DNA from: Ascidiella aspersa
Lineage: Eukaryota
DNA length: 64,000 nt
Reading direction: 5' to 3'
Assembly (NCBI GenBank): GCA_963924565.1
Contig: OZ004613.1
Location: 13,082,001-13,146,000, forward strand
Part shown: in pieces, positions 57,821 to 64,000 of the stretch
How the letters are laid out: each line of letters begins with the position of its first letter
Position numbering within the stretch: position 1 is the stretch's first letter
Notes under the pieces: model-generated
What the model saw: only the letters and a program-made list of their open reading frames with translations
Told to the model about the DNA's origin: nothing
The model's database searches: none
Made by a program: the position numbers and the translations under genes

Positions 57821-60800
57821 ATGGATGAACTGGAAAATAAATTACCAAAGGAATGCGTTGATCTACTCCCTAAACTGTCCGCGTTTTGGGAGGCAGCGGC
57901 GGACGCAAAGCCAGGACTGTGGAGGGGTCACTTTTTGGGGGCTATTTTTCCTGTCGAGACCGCCAAAATAGCCTACGAAAAATGGCGTCCGAAAGACGGC
58001 GACGTTTTGGTGACATCATTTATGAGATCAGGTAAGCAAAATAAAAATGTTAACTAAGCAATCTATTATGTTTTTCCGTAAAAGGGAAATATACCGATTC
58101 CAATCGTTTTATCAGTTATTAAGATATTTTTGATCAGCAGTGTTGATATGCGATTCTCATGGAATTTTTCATGTAACTTTAAGGGGCCTTCTGTTGTCAG
58201 TCAAATTCTCAAGTGAATGTAGCCTAACGGTATAAATAGGACTAAAAGTATTCCGAATCTATGCGTTAGAAGTCAAAATATTTCGTCGACAGCATATCCT
58301 TTGTTTATCAAACACAGACCTGGGCAACATACGGCCCGCCAAGCGATGTAATCCGGCCCGCGGCTTATTTTTGCTAAATGCATATAAGCAAAAACAAGGG
58401 CGATTTTCTACACGTTTGGTTTTACAGTATCTTAAACACTCTTTGCAGACTCTTTCCCGCAAAACTCTTTAGCGTATTTTAATTACTAAAAAGGAAATTA
58501 TTTTCGCGCTTCGCGCGAATCCCTTTTGTCTTTCTCGTATATATTCCACGCGATTTTTAGGCTCATTACCGAAAAAAAGGGTCCTCTGCATTATGGTGCT
58601 CTCCCCAACGAAAGTTTAACAAACTAATCATAATATTTATTTATTTTTCGCGCTTCGGTTGAATGTATTCCGTCTTTAAATTATGAACTAAATACCAGCC
58701 GTTTTCTAAACTCTGAAACATACCGATTTACATGTTTTCAACCTAATTTAGTGAATGAACCGATTTATACAGTCTTTGCAATACGGCCGTTGTACCGCAA
58801 GTAACACATCGGCAAACTTAAAGCCTCAAAAAGCAAAAAAACATTGTAAGTTTTTTGTGAGAAATTTTTACGTATTCTTAACTTTTGGTCCAATGCGCCC
58901 CACATCTTGATAAATGTCAACATATCAACACGATATGCAGTATATATTTTTTATCTGTGCTCAATGCGTCACGTAGGCTACCCCTATAAATCTAAATTAA
59001 AGTTGGCATTTTAAAACAATAGTCGCTATTATTTCGCGCTTTGCGCGACGTCTTCTTTAAATTAGACTTAAATTGCTTAAATTTAAATTAGACTTTAATT
59101 TTAGCACAAATACAAACGTAAAAAAAAAATTCGTTAGCTTATTTGTTTTATCCCGTCAGAGTATATGATGTCATATTGCGTGGATTTGGGATCTTATTTT
59201 TGACCTGCGGTAAAAAATAATTGCCCACCCCTGATCAAACAGGTAAAAATAGCTTTTATCTCGGTTATCTAAACTTACACTGCGAAAACAAACAACGCCC
59301 ACAGTAACAATATCGTAAACAGCTGATTTGTCTATTAATTTGCAATTTGTATGATACGGATTATTTGGCAGTCCTATCGACAGTACAATTAAAGTAGCAA
59401 ACACCGAGAAACTAATATAAAACTTAGATAAAAAACAAAACAACGTTTAGGTATTAGCGAATTTACACCTTTGCCCATTTTGGTAAATATAGGCTACTTT
59501 CGTCGAGAAATCTTTATTTGATTTTATTTTCCTAAAAGGAAAAACCCCTAAAATCAGGAATGTCACGGCTAAAACTTGACGTATAACTTGCCTAGCTCTT
59601 GGACGACATACATTAGCAATAATTGGGGTGAAATCTCTAAAGGAATGACAGAGGCAAGAAGTTGATAGTAAAACAGGTATTTAAAGTACGAAAAACTGTT
59701 AATCATGTTGTTTTTATGTTTACGCAGGTACCTCGTGGACTCGCGAAATAATTCGCTTGATTATATACATGAACAATCCCGATCTTGAGCGTTTAACGAG
59801 TACAGTTCCAATGTTACTCACATATATAGAGGCTGGACCACGTAAGTATTTTGGAATGGTACTCTTTATAGTGATTTACATCATAATAAACATCTGCTAT
59901 TGTTTTTTTTTTTAGGTATTTTTCTATTTGCCCAATGTAAGGGTCACATGATAAATGTAATTCGTTGCTAATAGCAAAAACTGTCGTAAATCCAAAAATG
60001 CCAAAAGTGTTTTTTTCGATTTTTGTACTAATGAAATAGATACAAAAATAACAGTAGGTCTGTTAGGCTAATAAAAAACAATTAACGAGGCACATTATTA
60101 ACAATTTTACTCAATAAATAAATGGGATTCTCGAAATAACCAAAATGCATGTTTGTACACAGCTTGCAGCCTTGAGATAATGGACCATCTTCCTTACCCC
60201 AGACGAGTTCTTGTTTCGCATCTCCCAACTCAGATACTTAACTTAAAGGAATATTTGAAAAGGGATATAAAGGTAAAACAATTTTGTGATTGTATTTATT
60301 GAGATTTATTTTATTGAGACTTTAGTATGCGGACCGAGACTTTTTTTCATGTGCGCCCCTTGTACAATTTTTAATTGTGAAGGTAAGTAAGTTTTTTTAG
60401 TCCTATACTGTATATAGGCGTAGTTTTTCTTTTAAGCCAACGAAAATATTGCTATCAATAGTCGTTTCTATTGTATACAAATATATTTATTATTAAAATT
60501 TTTTACTTTGTAGGTGGTATACGTGACAAGAAATCCAAAAGATCAAGCCGTTTCGCTATTCCATTTCTTAAACAAAGTGCCCTATGCAACTAACCCAAGT
60601 TTTTCTCAAATTGTATCTAAGGACTGGAATAAGTTTTTTGAGAATTTTATTGCTGGTAAAAATTTGTTTAACATATTTGATTTTAATTAGATCAAAGATT
60701 AAAATTTTTCATATTCTGTAACTAAAATTTTGTTCCTATTTTATAACAGTTTAACAATTAATATTTGGTTCAATTGACGAAACTATTCTTCTTCATTCTT

Positions 60801-62863
60801 CACAAAGAAAACAAACTTGCCATAAAAATATTAATAGTTATGCTCGACATACAAATTGTGTTAGTTTTTCCAGCCTTAATTTTGTTTCACAGAACACTAA
60901 AATGCAGGCTATCCTATTTTCTTGGAGATTAAACCAGATGCATATTTACTAGTAAGATCTGTTCGTCTAAGATATGCCATACACCATTAATTTTGCTGGA
61001 AAGGACGGCAAACGTTACGCGATATAGTTACAGCAAAAAAATGACTATAATTTTTGTTCTTTTAGGCCGCCTTCCTTTTGACGTATTAGAAGGAGAATTC
61101 TACCCTTACAGTATTTTATCTTGGCTTCCATATAAGGAACACCCAAAGATCTTCTTTCTTAGGTATGAGGAGATGAAAAAGGCAAGTAGCTGATCTTCCA
61201 TATTTACTAATCGATCTTTTAACCTTTTCTTTAGTTTTAATTTGTATACAATTTCGTCCTATTCTGAGGATATGCCCTGTTGTATCTGTCTTTTCTTGCT
61301 TTCGCTACCGGTAACGTTTTATTTTCCAAAACCTTTACTTCGACACCGTAGGCCACCGTCACTTTCTCTTTATATTTTGCTATGTATTTATCTCATGCTA
61401 AAACGGATGCAGCAAGGCATTTATCTTTTCTGTAAAGCAGTGCTTCCTAACCTTTTAGTTGTCGCGACCCCCAACTTTGATGTATTACGCATAAACAGAC
61501 GGCTGCAAATGTTCACATTAAAATATAGCTTCTTTCAAAATTTGCAAAGAATGTCCTGATTGACGACGTAAGCATGTACAAATAACTAAAATCACGCTTT
61601 AACGTTTATTTGCGCCATAAGGATTTTTTACTCTGAAGAAGAAAAACGTATATGTGTGCTCATGACGTAACAATGGAAAGTTGACTGCCCTAAACTTTTA
61701 AAATAAAACTTAAACAAAATAATAATAACTAAAACCTTGTTTTTGATCTTACTATAGATCAAGAAGATATTATATATAGATATTATATAGATATTATATA
61801 TAGATATTATATAGATGTTATAGATAAATCTTATACATATGTTTATATTATCATATATATTTTTATATTTTAATGTTTTTCTCTAAATTGTTCAAGGGGG
61901 GAAATGTTGTTACAGAGAAGTCAATTGTGTATAAATTGTGGTACATAGTATTTTTTTCAATACTTCACAAAGCGGGTCTTCCGTGGTGGAATGGCCGGCA
62001 TACCTATTTATTTTAGACAATTAGACTTGAGACAATTAGACTCTACTTCGGCCATTAGTTAAACATATGAGTAATCGTGGCGTCATAACACAGCTGGGTA
62101 ACTGATAGAAATATCATCAACAAAATTGTTAGACTGGCAGATTTGTTTAATCCTTTTATATGTACACAAACGACCCCCTGACAAATCTCTTTTCGTAAAT
62201 TTGGAATGTTATCAGCGTACTGAAAACCTTCCTTAATGTTTTTAGGATCCCGTCGAGGCGATTTTAAAAATTGCACGGTTTATTGGATGTGATCTGTGTC
62301 ACAACGACGCTGTCAAAATTGCTAAACGCACAACCTTTAAGAGCATGAAGACAGCAATTGACACGGACAAGATGGCCGACAGCAAAGTTTTTCAATCAGT
62401 GCAAATGTACAGAAAAGGTAGCCTAGTAATTATTCATGTTCTGTGAGTATACTAAAATTTGTTAACGCTTAATCTTTAGCATGACTATATTGATTAATTA
62501 TAATTAATAACGACAACGATTTGCAATACTCATATAGTTGTTGCTTTAGATTAGACAATAAATGGTTTGAGTCTAATCGTAATTAAGACATTTAAGTGTG
62601 AACTTCGTTTAATTTGTTTCGGCAATGGCTAAACAATAAACATGGTTTAATTTGTCCTAAACGGTGCTGAACAAAAAACTGAAATGAACTTAAGGATCCT
62701 TTGGTGCCATCCTATACCTCCGAATATAAAGGGAAATGTATAATTTGTTATAGGTGAAGTAGGAGACTGGAAAAACTACTTCACGGTCGCTCAATCAGAG
62801 AAGATGGACGAAATATTTCGTGAAAAGCTGAAGGGAACAGGAATAACCTTCGAGTACGAGTGA
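57821..62863 (+). CDS. Cytosolic sulfotransferase (SULT family), about 324 aa
   Basis: Exons 57821-58031, 59728-59841, 60163-60272, 60514-60655, 61066-61181 (GC donor), 62246-62417, 62754-62863 join in frame. Motifs: [14 protein letters not shown] (5'-PSB loop), RVLVSHLP (catalytic His), [17 protein letters not shown] (3'-PB), [29 protein letters not shown]. Confidence 0.93.
58315..59233 (-). mobile_element. hAT MITE family B, copy 2 (inverted)
   Basis: CAGACCTGGGCAA...TTGCCCACCCCTG; perfect TSD ATCAAACA. Confidence 0.9.
61765..61826. repeat. AT-rich minisatellite (AGATATTATAT)n
   Basis: About 5 copies of an 11-13 nt unit in SULT intron 5. Confidence 0.8.
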
Positions 62864-64000
62864 AGAGATCGATGGCGAAAACAAGTCTTCTCACACAAAC
62901 CTTCCGTATTTTACACTAATGTTTTTTTTGTAAGGTTTGTTAATTTCATTCAGTCCTGACGTAAACCTTTGTTTGTTGGAAGGCCGAAGTTCAGTTAATG
63001 CAAGCATCAACAAAACATCTTAAAATAACGAGATGCCAGCGGAATATTATAATTCGATTCCTAGTATTTCTATATCAATCCATATTTTTAAATTCTTTAT
63101 TTCTATTCTTCTCAAGCGCTTGGAACTGACGGGTTTTCTTATTTAGTCGATTTATGATAAGCAAATCGGTATGGACAAATGACCGAGAGCTCTATCCTCG
63201 CCAAAATGCTCGCTATTTTGTTGCCGCGAAATATTTGTCACGAATGTTTGCTAGCATAACTTAGTTTTTGTGCATAAACTCATATCTTTGAAGTTTTTGC
63301 CTAAACTTGTACATTACAAGATTGCTTACAGATATTCATCTTTCGGCTAGGATCGTTCTGTTTTATTTAACTGGTAATACTTTTGTCATTTAATATACAT
63401 ATTGATATATTTATCAACATGCAACCATTTCGTCCGACAAGTGTTTAGTCCGGATTCTTCTCACATTAAGTTTTTCATGAAATGTATTGTGTCTGTGAAG
63501 AACGTTAAAATGTGTTTAGGGCTTAGCCTGTACAGCATATTCTAAAGTTGTAAATATTGACAAATATAAAACAAATTGCTAACAATCATTGATCAACGGA
63601 TAAAAGGCAAGCAATTACCTTGAAAATGGCCGATAAAAGATGGCGTGAAAAGCAGTTTAGTTCAATAAACGACTTTCCAAAGAAACGAAATCACCGGCGT
63701 AAACTACACAAATTCGTTAATTATTTCATTTTAAGTGTTTTAACAGCAATACGACTTAATAGATATGTCACGTCAAACCTAGATGCCTTGAGTTTAAGGA
63801 ATGACGCAGTCATAGAATCATATACGAAAAAGTAAATTATTTTTCGTACATTTACGGTGACTCTAATTTGTGATTTGATTGATTTGTGACTGAGTGGTTT
63901 CCCCTTCTGGTTGAAAGTTTTGGTTAGGTCTTTCTTTGCCTATTGCAAACAGTATTTAATCCTAATAACTGTTTTCCAAGAAGGCCATTTTATAGAAAGT

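Overview
Eukaryotic, AT-rich, intron-rich animal DNA. Compact genes, dense short DNA-transposon relics and patchy CpG depletion suggest an invertebrate chordate such as an ascidian (inference only). Hand-splicing gives six genes: the 3' part of BMS1 (+, 10 exons); a complete ERK1/2 MAP kinase (+, 7 coding exons, one U12-type intron); an hnRNP A/B-D family gene (+, 9 coding exons, plus candidate 3'UTR introns and cassette exons); an 86-aa two-exon SMIM1 (Vel antigen)-like microprotein gene absent from the ORF track (+); a MARVEL-domain membrane protein (-, 3 exons); and a cytosolic sulfotransferase (+, 7 exons, one GC-AG intron) preceded by decayed paralogue fragments. A probable ankyrin-repeat pseudogene lies on the minus strand at about 38-40.7 kb. 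Non-coding DNA holds many hAT MITEs with 8-bp TSDs, other TIR/foldback elements, a TIR element enclosing a tRNA-like sequence, and tandem arrays. One array duplicates a BMS1 splice acceptor. The best leads are the SMIM1-like gene, the candidate NMD-coupled 3'UTR exons of the hnRNP gene, and the tRNA-carrying TIR element. All calls are by eye; no database searches were run.
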